From assembly GCA_016930515.1 (NCBI GenBank), contig JAFGGO010000114.1, positions 1 through 64,000 on the forward strand: 64,000 nucleotides of DNA, read 5' to 3'. Made by a program: the position numbers and the translations under genes. The notes under the pieces are model-generated. The model saw nothing but the letters and a program-made list of their open reading frames with translations. It was not told the DNA's origin and ran no database searches. This document shows positions 30,401 through 39,904 of this stretch, in pieces; positions within the stretch are counted from its first letter, which is position 1; each line of letters opens with the position of its first letter. This DNA is from Promethearchaeota archaeon (GTDB lineage: Archaea; Asgardarchaeota; Lokiarchaeia; Sigyniarchaeales; SOKP01).

Positions 30401-31219
30401 CAGTTGTGAAAATAAGATTGAAGCTTCCTCGTAAAACTCAATAGCAGATTTAAAATCCTCCATCTTTGCATTTTGGGAGGCTTTCATTATTAATTTATAT
30501 GCGAGATCGGATAAGTGCCTCTCCTTTTTTTTTTTCGCATCTAATTCTTGTTCGGAAACTTTCTCTAAACTCGATTCGGAAGTTAGCTCTAACTCTGATT
30601 GGGGAATAGGTTCGTTAATAGTCTGAGGGATTTCGCTTCTTTTCAGGAACGCTTCCTTCTTTAGGTAGCAATTCCCAATTAATAATTCAAGCTCGCTAAT
30701 CATATCGTTATCGCTAATATCATTGTATATATTAAGTGCCTCATCGTATTTCTCTATGGCGTCATCGAATTCTTCTATTTCTTCTAGTTCTTGAGCTTGT
30801 TTAATTAACTTTTGAGCAATTTCTGAAAGACTGGAAATTTTTAATTCTGGCTCTTCAATTTGTATTTGTTCGACTGAAGAAGCAATTTTTTCGTCAGTCA
30901 TTTCGGACTTAGTGGCTTTTACTTGATCTTCTATGAAAGATTGTTCCTTTAGTAAGTAAATTTCCGATATTTTTTGTTCGATAGCGCTAATTTCCGCAGT
31001 TCTTTCTATTTGCGAATATATACCTATCGCTTGGCGTAGCGTTTCAATTGCGTCATCGTAATAATGAGAATTTATCAAGTTAATCGCGTGAACAACGACC
31101 TCATAACCTTCTGCGGCTATTTCCTCTTCCATTTCTAATAAATCCGAAAAGAATGCCTCCTTGGTCGGATCAGGTTTGTTTTCGTCCCATTCTTCTTTTT
31201 CTTCGTCCATTAACCTCAA
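27446..31219 (-). CDS. Large all-helical repeat protein (TPR/MIT-like units joined by E/K/R-rich helices)
   Basis: Recurrent A..LI..A...(E/D)F..AI..Y.EA..I(F/Y) units and four PY..II.IY..I...L.E.G repeats. Confidence 0.85.
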   Translation of the reverse strand: MRLMDEEKEEWDENKPDPTKEAFFSDLLEMEEEIAAEGYEVVVHAINLINSHYYDDAIETLRQAIGIYSQIERTAEISAIEQKISEIYLLKEQSFIEDQVKATKSEMTDEKIASSVEQIQIEEPELKISSLSEIAQKLIKQAQELEEIEEFDDAIEKYDEALNIYNDISDNDMISELELLIGNCYLKKEAFLKRSEIPQTINEPIPQSELELTSESSLEKVSEQELDAKKKKERHLSDLAYKLIMKASQNAKMEDFKSAIEFYEEASILFSQLNWGHEIAKIEKALDEIKRVKASLNVEKPKIEPEAIPLEETTIEEIEESTKIESPPLDQEILLPMEEERIQSALEAESKKQEDRIFEEKISKMVESIEKKVREYETALRKDVKTALDTIEAPYQEAIKIYSDIKQMLIERGWNDLIEPYMNQIKIYHQKLEKDENLRVIEEKKILREREIEEMHKTNVSIEDINQQSDLPEYKPLVREEDFSIENSVNELLDKVQKMDRNYELELKKGNFVACPYPEIIDIYQTIQKMFVEKGLNQAASIYNNPIRLYKEKIQKDNKLREIQDQKIQNDAKKEQEEIKTMENIEAHLAEFEKKMDVLEKMRKEEAEEQDFNSKIDEMVRQIEKMDREYTLALKKKNFIERPYEKIIEIYRNIQQLLKEKGLEQQALAYHGSIKHYKTKIEQDNKLRQIEARKAQRDKEFAESYRVQSQVKQPVVEKQVVNKVFEREKAEKAMKLIDEAETNAKLYEASLKKDILSLESPFDGIISNYREARRIFLDIHWTEEANRLITTIKFYKDKKKRDERLRKLEMQKVEQSNAQQRQLERRRQELEKLEIERKKKEEIEFQEQKQREKREKRDKALLLMDQGKRELVQGNYHVAISLYEESEVILREIEWKEGISMVKESILAIKEKIKKLERENKLKQQIQERKEKVKNQLDDHLQKVKERNILEEENKRNIILQKQREKVQEKEISDEAYALLEKGTELLNKKQFKEATEKYINARDLFKNIGWQLEVSRINSDLLLKVMREQKRYEKLILLRQKTTREKRQRNELLKQSKTAPKESIKKTKVFESNTEEGLEVAYSAIDNLKYNEAILILKKLIEVFKGQNRHTEVIRLKKLISDLNTKSLVPIITIKTPENNENLDKFEDAYKALDRANISLYRNRTMKAVSQLIEAKYNLESIKLPKNEEFLQNINDLIKKYKKRMGEETENVISETKVIDKEEDSISGDLLKERIEARRSEREKRIRELLKGNKKE

Positions 31220-31363
31220 CCAATTTAAATTGTACTTTTTTTAGAAATAATTTCCTTATAAGCTATGTATATTATTCAGTAATGCTTTAAAAATTCATTA
31301 TAAACTTAATAGTCTTTTTATTTCAAGGTTTTAAGTCAGGGGAGAGATCTATTTTAAAAAGAA

Positions 31364-31753
31364 TCAAGTAGATCTCCTGAATTTATTAATATATTCGTCG
31401 CAAATCGTGCCTCCTTCGTTTGTGAGCGCCCAACCATCAATGGTCTTTCGAACGAGATTTAACGATTCCACTTCGTTTAATATTGATAAGATATCCCCCT
31501 CCGACTTGGTGATATTAAAATCCTCTTTCAAACACATAGCAATCTGGTCCAGCCTAACGGGTTGATTGAATTCATCCTCCATAACGCCTACTCCGGCGAG
31601 AACTTGGTGCTGTTGTGACATGGTTTCATCCATTTCATGAGACATCTCATCAAGAAGCCATGAATGAGTTGAAAGCATTTCTTTAATTGTTTTATCGTCT
31701 CCCTGTTCAAAAGCGGCTTGAAACTCGTCTCTAATTTTTTTTTTCTTTACCAT
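31364..31753 (-). CDS. Hypothetical protein with C-terminal winged-helix-like segment
   Basis: ILSILNEVESLNLVRK..DGWALTNEG wHTH wing pattern; SD-like GTAGGT. Confidence 0.7.
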   Translation of the reverse strand: MVKKKKIRDEFQAAFEQGDDKTIKEMLSTHSWLLDEMSHEMDETMSQQHQVLAGVGVMEDEFNQPVRLDQIAMCLKEDFNITKSEGDILSILNEVESLNLVRKTIDGWALTNEGGTICDEYINKFRRST

Positions 31754-31906
31754 TTTTGCTACCTACTAAAGGTGTTTAAATGTGTCCTATGTCGCAATTT
31801 ATATACATTTTTAATGATTATATGAAAATATATATCTATCGCTTTTGCTCAACTCGCCATTGCTCCTATTTCAACATAAAAATTAGATTATTTTAAGAAA
31901 GTGAGA

Positions 31907-32404
31907 TTAACTTCTTACGATTATATATTCGCAGGATTTTGCGTTTGGATCGTCAATAACGCATTGAGTTTCAGTGACCATGATACGAGAATTTGGTTTA
32001 TAAATGGCGTATTCTCCGAATCCAACAAGCATTCCTTTGATGAAATAACACATGAATTTTTGAGGATTCTCTAATTCCTTGGCGACGTTTTCCTTATGCG
32101 AAATCACAATCTCTTGTTCCGAAACATTTTTCACTTCAAATTTTCCCCATCCTAGCTGTGATAAAGTGCTAATAAATAGATTAGTCAAGTCTTTGAGAGT
32201 TTTGGGTTTCATGCTAGTCTCCCAGTTTTGTATCAAGTCTCTGCCTGCCCTCTTACCGAGCCAGACAAGCAGGGAAACAACGCCTTCGCCGTATATTGAC
32301 GCTAAAATATCGATGATTTGCGGTGGGAAAAAGACGAACCTTTCCTTGAACAGCTCGTACTTTCCCGTGCTATATTTTAGTCCCGTTAATTTTAAGTTCT
32401 TCAT
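31907..32404 (-). CDS. V4R (4-vinyl reductase; Bet3/TRAPP-related fold) domain protein
   Basis: LGKRAG, LGWGKFEV, CYFIKGMLVGF, VTETQC...SCEYII. Confidence 0.85.
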   Translation of the reverse strand: MKNLKLTGLKYSTGKYELFKERFVFFPPQIIDILASIYGEGVVSLLVWLGKRAGRDLIQNWETSMKPKTLKDLTNLFISTLSQLGWGKFEVKNVSEQEIVISHKENVAKELENPQKFMCYFIKGMLVGFGEYAIYKPNSRIMVTETQCVIDDPNAKSCEYIIVRS

Positions 32405-32625
32405 TATTACTATCTTTGTGATTCTATATTATATAACATTTACTAGATAAATTGACGAAAAAATTCACATTACAGGGTTTAAAAAAGTATCTAATACCTT
32501 TCAAAAGTTATATTATCTTGAGATTTATATGATGATAAATCGTTGGATTGTAAATATTGGTCTAATAATCATTTATAATAGATTAACAATTAAAATCATT
32601 CAATCAAAATTCTAAATCTAAAAAA

Positions 32626-33588
32626 ATGACCAAAATGAATTGCAATACCAATGAAATATGGACTGAAGACTTAACAAAGATTTATGGGAGAGGTCAAAAA
32701 CAACTAATAGCCGTGAATAGTATAAGTTTCGCCTTAAAACCAGGTATTCACGGATTTTTAGGCCCAAACGGAGCCGGTAAAACATCTACGATAAACATGT
32801 TAATAGGAGCAATCTCAGTTACAAGCGGCAAAGCAAAAATTAGGGATTTTAAGATAGGTTCCATTAAAGCGTTACGATTAATAGGATTCCTCCCGCAAAA
32901 CGCTCCTTTTTACGGAAATATGACAGGACATCAATACTTATTGTACATGGCCCGTTTAAACCGCTTGACAAAAGCCGAAGCTTTGACCAAAATAGAAGAA
33001 CTCTTAATATTTTTCGATCTTGTTGAAGTAAAAGATAAAAAAATTGGAAAATATTCAGGAGGGATGAAGCAAAAATTAGGGATCGCAACAGCTTTAATTC
33101 ACGAGCCTGAAATCCTCATTTTAGACGAGCCTACTGCAAATTTAGATCCACTCGCTCGGGCAGATATTATTTCGAAGATTAAAGAATTATCAAAAAGGAT
33201 GAGCGTATTTGTATCAAGCCATATATTATCCGAAATCGAGCAGATGTGCGAGAGAGTTTTAATAATAAATAAAGGAAAGATCCTCGTTTCAGACACCATA
33301 AAAAATATAAAAAAAATGAGCTCGGCCTCAGCTAATCTCTTCGTAATTGATACAAGCGATAACAGAAAAATGATAGAAATATTAAACGCAAAGAATATGA
33401 TAAAAGAAGCACATATTAGAGAATCTGACAATAGGATCGTTGTTATAGCAAATGAAAATAACAACGATGTTTTTCAGTCAATCATTCCGCAACTGGTTGT
33501 AGAAAACAAATTGAAATTGATCGGATTTTATCAACAAGAATCTAGTTTACAAGATGTATTTGTTGAACTTATAGGAGGTGATATTTAA
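32626..33588 (+). CDS. ABC-2-type exporter ATP-binding protein
   Basis: GPNGAGKT, YSGGMKQKL, ILDEPT, SSHIL. Confidence 0.95.
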   Translation: MTKMNCNTNEIWTEDLTKIYGRGQKQLIAVNSISFALKPGIHGFLGPNGAGKTSTINMLIGAISVTSGKAKIRDFKIGSIKALRLIGFLPQNAPFYGNMTGHQYLLYMARLNRLTKAEALTKIEELLIFFDLVEVKDKKIGKYSGGMKQKLGIATALIHEPEILILDEPTANLDPLARADIISKIKELSKRMSVFVSSHILSEIEQMCERVLIINKGKILVSDTIKNIKKMSSASANLFVIDTSDNRKMIEILNAKNMIKEAHIRESDNRIVVIANENNNDVFQSIIPQLVVENKLKLIGFYQQESSLQDVFVELIGGDI

Positions 33589-34565
33589 TGATACAAAAAA
33601 CAGTTCAGCACGAAGATTTAACCGTGTTAAGAAGATTTAAAACAAGCCCCGTACTCGAAATCGCACGCAAGACATTCTTACACGACTTATGCAATGTTAA
33701 AAGGCTTTTAATCACCTTGTTCTTGATGATATTAGTACCTTTTTTTGGAATTTTACTTGTGGATAAGAATCTAATTCCTGATATGACCACGCTTACCGGT
33801 TTCTTAGGTTTACTCGTGTTTATTTATACCTATGGACTTGTCTTCCCGATCATTATTATCATGTCGGGAACACCTCTAATTTCGGATGAATTAAACAATG
33901 GCACTATGTTAACGCTAATAAGTAAGCCCATTCGCAGAGAGGGTATTTATTTAGGAAAATTCATTGCATTATTTGCTTATGGAACCTTACTGAGTTTCGT
34001 ATCAATGTATATCGTGTCCCTCACAGGTTTTGTCAGATATCAATTTTTTGACAGCTTGGCGTTTTTTTGGATACATTTCTCGTATTCCTTCATTGTATTA
34101 ATATTATTTGGAGGGATTTCGATTGGAATTTCTGCGTTTTTTAACAGGCCGAGAAACGCAATGATGATACCCTTGATTATAGTTATCTTTTCCTTTCTAA
34201 TTGAATTATTTATCAAGCAAACAATAATGTGGAGCACTGCCATCGGAGAAAATTCGTTTTACGAGGACTTCCAATTCTATCATTTTGACATATCCTACCA
34301 CATGGCAAATGTGTACCTGTGGATGGTAAATCAAGCCGTACCATCAGCTTCAGACGAATGGGGCTTGTTTTTGCTCATGTTTGGAGTTTATAAAATCGTG
34401 CACCCCTATGTTTGTAATTTTTGGGGATGTGCCCAAGTACCTAGACCTGTATATTCGGGTTTTTATCCGCCCATTTTGTCGGGAGTTTTAATGGTTTTAT
34501 TAGGAATTATAATCTTGCTTGTTGGCTTGTTTTATCTGAAAAAAAGAGACATATATTCAAATTAA
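33588..34565 (+). CDS. ABC-2-type exporter permease
   Basis: ISDELNNGTMLTLISKPIRREGIYLGKF motif, about 6 TM helices; 1-nt overlap (TAATG) with the ATPase gene. Confidence 0.92.
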   Translation: MIQKTVQHEDLTVLRRFKTSPVLEIARKTFLHDLCNVKRLLITLFLMILVPFFGILLVDKNLIPDMTTLTGFLGLLVFIYTYGLVFPIIIIMSGTPLISDELNNGTMLTLISKPIRREGIYLGKFIALFAYGTLLSFVSMYIVSLTGFVRYQFFDSLAFFWIHFSYSFIVLILFGGISIGISAFFNRPRNAMMIPLIIVIFSFLIELFIKQTIMWSTAIGENSFYEDFQFYHFDISYHMANVYLWMVNQAVPSASDEWGLFLLMFGVYKIVHPYVCNFWGCAQVPRPVYSGFYPPILSGVLMVLLGIIILLVGLFYLKKRDIYSN

Positions 34566-34617
34566 ATTAAAAAGAGGTGAATTAAAAACGAAGATCTATA
34601 AAATAGCTATCACATGC

Positions 34618-35370
34618 TTGCTTGGAACGCTTTTATTTGTTCCAATAATTGCTCGAAATGGGAATTGTAATTACCAAATTGGCGAACAGTCACTTGTCGT
34701 AACACCTAGATCCTATGTGGAGTGGAATGTTACGGAATGCCATAATTACGGAATGTGGCATAATCATGCATATAGGTACTCTTCTGTAAACGATAAAATT
34801 AGGTTCACATTTATAGAGGAAGGATATTTTACGGATTACGACACAATAGAGGATTATCCCTGTATCGTGGCAAAGTTGGACTATTATTTCTCTTCAATCA
34901 ACGATTGGAGAGAGTTAGATATCTCGTCTACATATTTAATATACGATCCAGACGATAAATCTTATTTTAGCATAGAAACGCCTTGGGGATTTTGGGATCC
35001 ATACCTGCTATTCGTATTTCCATCCACGATAGACTTGAATAGCTTGATTTATTCCTCTTTCGTACAAGAGGAATATTTCTTACATGATTATGATAATTAC
35101 CACATAAATACCAATTCGATTAATCTAACCAATAGCGACGGTTCTTACAACTACATGGAACTAAGGCTTGATGGAATCGTGAATAGATGGGAATATAGGG
35201 ACAATTGGAGCGATACTCAAATATCCGTGAGTTATCTGGGTCAAGGAAATCTCCAAGATTCCAGCGAAAGCATTCCCTTTGGAACAGGAGTTTTTATTGG
35301 TGTAGGTATATGCGTGATTGGCGTTGTGATTGTTGTTCATAAAAAACGCTTGACCGCGGAAAATCTTTAG
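34618..35370 (+). CDS. Secreted/surface protein with Loki-CTERM-like C-terminal anchor
   Basis: Signal-like N-terminus, D/Y/N-rich body, C-terminal IPFG + TM + KKR. Signal-peptide frame extends upstream to about 34582. Confidence 0.75.
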   Translation: MLGTLLFVPIIARNGNCNYQIGEQSLVVTPRSYVEWNVTECHNYGMWHNHAYRYSSVNDKIRFTFIEEGYFTDYDTIEDYPCIVAKLDYYFSSINDWRELDISSTYLIYDPDDKSYFSIETPWGFWDPYLLFVFPSTIDLNSLIYSSFVQEEYFLHDYDNYHINTNSINLTNSDGSYNYMELRLDGIVNRWEYRDNWSDTQISVSYLGQGNLQDSSESIPFGTGVFIGVGICVIGVVIVVHKKRLTAENL

Positions 35371-35531
35371 TGCTAGATTTATATCCTTTTTTTTTTTCTT
35401 CTTCTCTTTAAGCATACTAATATTTCTTAAAGCTCTTAAAATAGAATCATGCAATATATTTATGTAGACTCTTAGTTTATATATATCACCATTAATAAGA
35501 ATTATCTACACTTTAGATACCTTAAATTAGA

Positions 35532-36094
35532 ATGATGGAAACCTGGAAAGAATTAAAAAATGTTTTAATAAATTACAAAACCGGGAATTATCAACATAGG
35601 TCCTATTGTTCTGAAGCGGATGTTACTAAAGCTTTAGACGAAAAAAAGATATTGTATTTCCAGGTATAATTTATCCTATCGATTTATTTTTATTATTTAT
35701 ACCGATTTTGGTGATTGTTATTTACATTATTATGACAATTGGTTATACATTAAGGTGGGAGATGATATTATTTAACACATTATTCTACATTGTATTGTTA
35801 AATATTGAATTATTGAGTATTTTATAGGTATTTCTTAAATCAAGAATTTATATAGTTATCGGTCCTCAAGATATTCTAAAAATAGGCTATTTTAAAGAAG
35901 AGAAATTTTATTTCGGGAATTCAATAGATAATATCCTATATCTTAAAGATGAATTCGTGATTAATCGAAAAATTCGACTTTATAACAAATTACAACCATA
36001 AAGAATTTCCCGATAGAAATTGGATGAAATTGTTTGGAGATTTAATCCTTTCAATATGGAGCGAGAGAGAAAAATAGCAACAGATACAAAATAA
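35532..36094 (+). pseudogene. Possible degraded gene remnant
   Basis: Protein-like fragments (MMETWKELKNVLINYKTG...; IYIVIGPQDILKIGYF...LQP*RISR*KLDEIVWRF...) broken by stops in an intergenic gap of about 790 bp. Confidence 0.3.
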
Positions 36095-36158
36095 CCTAAA
36101 TTTATTAATTGAATGATCCTTCCATTTAAATGAGAGTAAAAAGATAAAGAAAGTAGAT

Positions 36159-36878
36159 TTATTTCAAATTATTCAAGAATGCTCCAATTTCGTCCTTGGA
36201 ACATATCTTGAATTGCTTGTGCTCGGATTTGACATAGCTAAGCCTTAAGGTGTCCTTGGTGATCTCGTCTTCCACGGACTCTTTCAAGGCGTTTAGTGCC
36301 AAGTTGATGAGTTCGTCAAAAGTGAGGTCTGGCTTATAGTTGTTCGTGATGTATTCACGGGCGGTAGTTTCTCCGCTTCCGATGGCATAACCCTTGAAAG
36401 ACCTGTAAATTCCGCTCGGACTCGTGGTATATATTTGCGTTCCCTTAGCGTCAATTCCAATGAAAAAAAGAGCACATCCAAATGGTCTAATACCGCCGTA
36501 TTGTGTGTACATCTGCTTCATATCAGCAATCGTCTTGACGAGCATGCTAAGGCGGACGGGTTCGTCGTAGGTTAACCTGAACGACTGCGCTTGAACCCGA
36601 GCGTAATTAATAAGCATTCTCGAGTCTGCGTGCAAGCCCGAGATTGCAACTCCAATGTGTTGATCTATTTGAAAAATCTTATCGATGGCGTCGGCATCCA
36701 TGAGGGTCGATGGGACCTTAATTTGCGCTGCAAGGCAGACATCCGTATTGGATTTAACCGCAACAGCCAGTGTACCTCGCCTAACCGCTTCTAGAGCATA
36801 TTCAACTTGATATAGCCTCCCTTCAGGGCTAAAAACCGTGAGAGCTCTGTCATATGCCCTTCCTCCTGCACCAAACAT
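36159..36878 (-). CDS. psmA: 20S proteasome alpha subunit
   Basis: YDRALTVFSPEGRLYQVEYALEAVRRG, SGLHADSR, YTQYGGIRPFG, AIGSG. Confidence 0.97.
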   Translation of the reverse strand: MFGAGGRAYDRALTVFSPEGRLYQVEYALEAVRRGTLAVAVKSNTDVCLAAQIKVPSTLMDADAIDKIFQIDQHIGVAISGLHADSRMLINYARVQAQSFRLTYDEPVRLSMLVKTIADMKQMYTQYGGIRPFGCALFFIGIDAKGTQIYTTSPSGIYRSFKGYAIGSGETTAREYITNNYKPDLTFDELINLALNALKESVEDEITKDTLRLSYVKSEHKQFKICSKDEIGAFLNNLK

Positions 36879-36988
36879 GATGATCGTGAATTATTATTTT
36901 AATTTTATATTGAGTTGATTACGATATTAACTATCTAAATCAACAACAGAATTTTAATTTAATTGATTTTTTTTATAAAAAAGAGTGC

Positions 36989-37537
36989 TTATATTTTTCC
37001 AGAACTTTTTAAAATGGAAATTGTCAGGTCCTTGAAAATGTTTCCTATCTTGATGTCTTGCTTGGCGCTCGCTTCGATGTACGATATTGCCCCTAGCTCG
37101 TTCTTGTAAGATTCACCGTCTTGTGAGCTCACCTCTCTCGTATCGTCGGTGGTTATGTCTAGCTTGTTTCCTACTAGGATATATGGTTTACCAGCACCAA
37201 TGACTTTTTCAACTTCGCTCTTCCAACCTGCCAAGTTTGCAAAAGAGCTCCGCCTCGTCAGATCAAATACGAAGACAACGCCGCCACTCCCCCGATAAAA
37301 AGGAGGTCGGACGAACGAAAAGTGTTTTTGTCCTGCCAAATCCCATAATTGTAATTTTACGGTGACATTTGGATATTCGGGCAATTCCACGGTCTTTGTA
37401 GAGAAGTTGGACCCTATAGTCATGATATAATTTTCCTTGAAAGTGTTTTCGCAGAATCGAAGGACCATCGAGGTCTTTCCAACCCCTCCATCGCCAACAA
37501 CGCAAATCTTATAGATGTAATTCTTGTTATCCGACAT
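36989..37537 (-). CDS. Rab-like small GTPase (Ras superfamily)
   Basis: G1 GDGGVGKT, G2 TIG, G3 WDLAGQ, G4 NKLD, G5 SAK. No C-terminal prenylation Cys. Confidence 0.95.
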   Translation of the reverse strand: MSDNKNYIYKICVVGDGGVGKTSMVLRFCENTFKENYIMTIGSNFSTKTVELPEYPNVTVKLQLWDLAGQKHFSFVRPPFYRGSGGVVFVFDLTRRSSFANLAGWKSEVEKVIGAGKPYILVGNKLDITTDDTREVSSQDGESYKNELGAISYIEASAKQDIKIGNIFKDLTISILKSSGKI

Positions 37538-37746
37538 GATTCAAAATATGCAATTTGTATTTACTAATAATGACAATAAATCAATATTGTAAATATTGCT
37601 TAAAAAATTTTTATTTTATTTACAACAAGATATTAATCCTACTATTTTAATGTATTTTTTTTATAATCGAAATAAAAAACATTTTAATAATAAAATCGAG
37701 ATTAGTAAATAAATTAAATAAACAAGAATGGACAAGGAGGATTAAT

Positions 37747-38031
37747 ATGGATAAGCTAGCAGATAAGCTTTCTCCAGAGCTTCAAGAAAAAATAGGAAAA
37801 AGCGTGGAAAAAGTATTTTCTAAAATGCTTGAAAAAGCATCAAAAGGAGAATCAGTAGAAGGTTTAATAAAAGCATTACTCGTAGAAAAAGTAATGAACA
37901 TGGTTGGTGCTCTCATCAAGCGTCCCGTCGTTAAAAAATTAGCTAAAGTGGCAGTAAAAAAAAGAGTGGATACCATGTGGGAGAAAAGAAAGGACCAACT
38001 ACTTTCGAAGATAAAAATAGAACTCCCTTAA
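37747..38031 (+). CDS. Basic amphipathic-helical hypothetical protein (94 aa)
   Basis: Strong SD AGGAGG. K/L/V-rich helices; 4-nt convergent overlap with the ligase gene. Confidence 0.7.
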   Translation: MDKLADKLSPELQEKIGKSVEKVFSKMLEKASKGESVEGLIKALLVEKVMNMVGALIKRPVVKKLAKVAVKKRVDTMWEKRKDQLLSKIKIELP

Positions 38032-39749
38032 TTGGTTCTATTTCGTAATTGTTTTTTATCAATGTTACCTTCAGCAGTTAAGGGTAAATCGTCTACAAAT
38101 TGAATGATTTTTGGTACTTCGTACGGAGAACATCGTTTTCGGGCAAAATCCTCGATTTCTTCCTTGAGTGATTTCTCATCTTTATCTGTTTGATAATCTT
38201 CATCTATTTTAATAAAAGCTTTCACGATTTCTGAACCAGGCCGTTTTGGATTTGGAACGCCAATTATTGCGAGGTTATCAATGGCGGGATGCCTATAAAT
38301 TGTTTCTTCGACTTTCTTTGAAAAAACCTTGTATCCCGATACGATTATCATATCCTTACTTCGATCCACTATCTTGAGATATCCCTCTTCGTCCATCACG
38401 GCAATGTCGCCCGTGTGAAAAAAGCCTTCTTCATCAATCGCGTTCTTCGTTTCTTCGGGCTTGTTGTAATAGCCCTGCATTACTTGCGGACCTCTAACAA
38501 AGATTTCTCCAGGAGCTCCTAAAGGTACTTCTTTATTAGAAATAACATCCACGATCTTGATCTCAGTATTCATAATGGGCAAACCAATCGACCCGGGTTT
38601 TTTCTTTCCCTTAAAAGGATTAATGGTGATTACCGGAGAAGTTTCGGTCATGCCGTATAATTCTAATAATTTTCCCTCCCCGATCACGGATTCTAAATCT
38701 TCGTAGATTTCAAGAGGGAAAGGAGCTGCGGATGTGAAGCAATATTTTAGATTGGAAAAGTCAAGTTTTTTGAAATTTTCGTTATTAAGTAAGAGTTGGT
38801 AAAGAACAGGAACATTAGTTATTATTGAGGGTCGATTATTTTTTAGAGCATCAATGATATAGTTGATATCACGAGGGTCCGGCACGAGTACTTGTTTCTG
38901 AGCGTTAAACAAGCAATTTAAGCAGAAAGACAATCCAGCTATGTGAAAAAAAGGGAAACCAGTGCAAGCAACGTCCTCTCCTCTTTTTAATCCAAACCAT
39001 TCATTTAATATCACGAGGTTTGAAAGAATATTCGAATGAGTTAACATTGCACCTTTTGGGGGTCCCGTCGTGCCACCCGTATATTGTATGCAAGCAATAG
39101 CGGAAGCGTCATGATCCACATCTAACGGTGTCGAGGGATATTTTTCTAAGATATCTTCGTGAAAATCCAGAAGACCTTTCCGGAAGAGTGGTTTTATTCG
39201 ATTTTTCGTGTATCTACTTTTAAGAGTGTCCGAATCGCTTCTAAATTTTGATATAAAAGCATTGAAATCGCTAATAACAACGAGTTTTAATTGAGGAAGA
39301 GTAGATATAATTTTTTCAACTCGATTAACAAAGTAAGTATCTAGCGTTACGAGTGCAACCTTTTTTCCTGCTTCTAATATATCGCTGAGTTGGTATTGGA
39401 TTTGAACATCTCTAGAAAGAATGCTAACGCCCGAGACGATACAACCCGCTTTTAAGGTTCCTATTAAAGCTATTACATATTCGATATTATTCGGTAAGTG
39501 GATCGCAACCACGTCTCCCTCTTCTAATCCGTTCTCGAGTAATGCGTGGGCAAACTGATTTGAATATGCGTTTAATTGATTGAAAGTAAGTTCCACTCCT
39601 AAAAATTCTAGCGCGATCTTGTCTGGAAAATCGTCTATAGATTTTTGAATTGCGTTAGCAATCGAACCTAACGATTCCCACCTATCAGGATCCAAGTCCT
39701 CAAGACCTTCGTCCCAATATTTTTTCCAAAATCGATCTTCATGCGACAT
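38028..39749 (-). CDS. Long-chain fatty acid-CoA ligase family protein (A10 Lys replaced by Asn)
   Basis: QYTGGTTGPPKGA, YGMTETSP, FHTGD, DRSKDMIIVSGYKVF; C-terminal LPLTAEGNIDKK. Confidence 0.93.
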   Translation of the reverse strand: MSHEDRFWKKYWDEGLEDLDPDRWESLGSIANAIQKSIDDFPDKIALEFLGVELTFNQLNAYSNQFAHALLENGLEEGDVVAIHLPNNIEYVIALIGTLKAGCIVSGVSILSRDVQIQYQLSDILEAGKKVALVTLDTYFVNRVEKIISTLPQLKLVVISDFNAFISKFRSDSDTLKSRYTKNRIKPLFRKGLLDFHEDILEKYPSTPLDVDHDASAIACIQYTGGTTGPPKGAMLTHSNILSNLVILNEWFGLKRGEDVACTGFPFFHIAGLSFCLNCLFNAQKQVLVPDPRDINYIIDALKNNRPSIITNVPVLYQLLLNNENFKKLDFSNLKYCFTSAAPFPLEIYEDLESVIGEGKLLELYGMTETSPVITINPFKGKKKPGSIGLPIMNTEIKIVDVISNKEVPLGAPGEIFVRGPQVMQGYYNKPEETKNAIDEEGFFHTGDIAVMDEEGYLKIVDRSKDMIIVSGYKVFSKKVEETIYRHPAIDNLAIIGVPNPKRPGSEIVKAFIKIDEDYQTDKDEKSLKEEIEDFARKRCSPYEVPKIIQFVDDLPLTAEGNIDKKQLRNRTN

Positions 39750-39904
39750 TTGGACTTAAAAAATTACGATTTAATCTCTATTTGTTTAACCAAAGAATAA
39801 ATAATTAAAGAATTGGTGTTATAAATTTCTTTTTAAAGTTCCATCGAACAATATTCAAACTCTCATTCACACTGATTATTCGTTTTGTTTAATCACTAAA
39901 AAAA

